Below, in pieces: positions 62,901 to 64,000 of a stretch of DNA of 64,000 bases. Made by a program: the position numbers and the translations under genes. Source of the DNA: Lingula anatina (lineage: Eukaryota; Animalia; Brachiopoda); assembly GCA_051362555.1 (NCBI GenBank), contig CM120643.1:11098001-11162000 (forward strand). The letters are read 5' to 3'. The stretch's first letter is position 1. Each line of letters begins with the position of its first letter. Under the pieces are notes generated by a model. That model ran no database searches, was not told the DNA's origin, and saw only the letters and a program-made list of their open reading frames with translations.

Positions 62901-64000
62901 GGTAGATTGATTTTCGTCACTTTTTGGAAAAATCGGAGACGGGTCGATTTTTGGTGATTTTGAGTGATTTTGAACAGTGCCGGCACTGTGAGATTTCTTC
63001 AGTTTTGGCCAGTTAGGGATTAAAATTTTTTTTCTTCATTATAGTGTCAGATAGGTGTGTTTGGTCATTTGTAGTAAGAATAAAGTGCAGGAAGAGTGGT
63101 GGTGTCAACATTAAGGAAGAAATAGAGCAAAAACTCTGTCTCCCCCCCCTCTCAGATTCTGTTCTCAGAGCTTATTTTTGGATCATCTTTAAAGCTAGAA
63201 TTGGGGGCCTTGATGAAGTGACCCGGGCGCGTTTCCACATTTTTTATGAATGACAATTGTGGTAGATTGATTTTCGTCACTTTTTGGAAAAATCGGAGAC
63301 GGGTCGATTTTTGGTGATTTTGAGTGATTTTGAACAGTGCCGGCACTGTGAGATTTCTTCAATTTTGGCCAGATAGGGATGAAAATTTTTTTTCTTCATT
63401 ATAGTGTCAGGTAGGTGTGTTCGGTCATTTGTAGTAAGAATATAGTGCTGGAAGAGTGGTGGTGTCAACATTAAGGAAGAAATAGAGCAAAAACTCTGTC
63501 TCCCCCCCCCCCCCTCTCAGATTCTCTTCTCAGAGCTTATTTTTGGATCATCTTTAAAGCTAGAATTGGGGGCCTTGATGAAGTGACCCGGGCGCGTTTC
63601 CACATTTTTTATGAATGAGAGGTGTGGTAGATTGATTTTCGTCACTTTTTGGAAAAATCGGAGACGGGTCGATTTTTGGTGATTTTGAGTGATTTTGAAC
63701 AGTGCCGGCACTGTGAGATTTCTTCAGTTTTGGCCAGTTAGGGATTAAAATTTTTTTTCTTCATTATAGTGTCAGATAGGTGTGTTTGGTCATTTGTAGT
63801 AAGAATAAAGTGCTGGAAGAGTGGTGGTGTCAACATTAAGGAAGAAATAGAGCAAAAACTCTGTCTCCCCCCCCTCTCAGATTCTGTTCTCAGAGCTTAT
63901 TTTTGGATCATCTTTAAAGCTAGAATTGGGGGCCTTGATGAAGTGACCCGGGCGCGTTTCCACATTTTTTATGAATGACAGGTGTGGTAGATTGATTTTC

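Larger units (their letters stand above)
14150..64000. repeat. Satellite DNA array, ~361-362-bp monomer, about 116 head-to-tail copies, continuing past the window end
   Basis: Near-identical monomer (TCTCAGATTCTGTTCTCAGAGC...ACAGTGCCGGCACTGT...GTGGTGGTGTCAACATTAAGG...poly-C). Interrupted only by the insertions at 15329-20760 and 36617-39066. Confidence 0.98.

Noticed and set aside
20822-63978. Hundreds of 60-106 aa ORFs (MPALFKITQ..., MLTPPLFQH..., MSGRCVRSF...) as a tandem gene family
   Set aside because: They are translations of the satellite. Frames fuse and break with homopolymer length, many starts are non-ATG, and there is no recognisable domain or codon-level constraint.
14150-64000. 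CRISPR array or tandem RNA gene cluster (5S, tRNA, snRNA)
   Set aside because: No unique spacers or cas genes, and I could not recognise any 5S, tRNA or snRNA sequence in the monomer. An Rfam scan would settle it.
20800-64000. Poly-C length variation (about 6-16) as an information-bearing code
   Set aside because: Homopolymer slippage and sequencing error explain it; lengths differ even between otherwise duplicated HOR copies.

Overview
Eukaryotic, most likely invertebrate, repeat-rich DNA at the edge of a large satellite array. No bacterial genes, RNA genes or CRISPR arrays are visible. (1) 1-460 is a decayed LINE reverse-transcriptase fragment. (2) 1963-13044 is an 11.1-kb CMC/EnSpm(CACTA)-type DNA transposon with CCCAG...CTGGG TIRs, an AT 2-bp TSD and TCAACGTTGA subterminal arrays. 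It has no visible transposase, but it carries an intact, phase-consistent 7-exon minus-strand gene (427 aa). The protein is DUF4806/BEN-like and has an 11x RS-rich repeat insert. A Helentron-type (HINE/DINE-like) element and related fragments are nested in its introns. (3) A promoter-like CpG patch near 13.2-13.55 kb points into the element. (4) From about 14150 to the window end runs a ~361-362-bp satellite array of roughly 116 monomers, with diverged edge copies and local higher-order repeats. Two insertions interrupt it: a young but defective BEL/Pao LTR retrotransposon (15329-20760, TSD GTGGT) and a non-autonomous Ginger1-like foldback element (36617-39066, TSD CCGG) at the centre of the monomer's 16-bp palindrome. 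The many 60-106 aa ORFs in the array are repeat artefacts. Family assignments come from motif recognition, not database searches.
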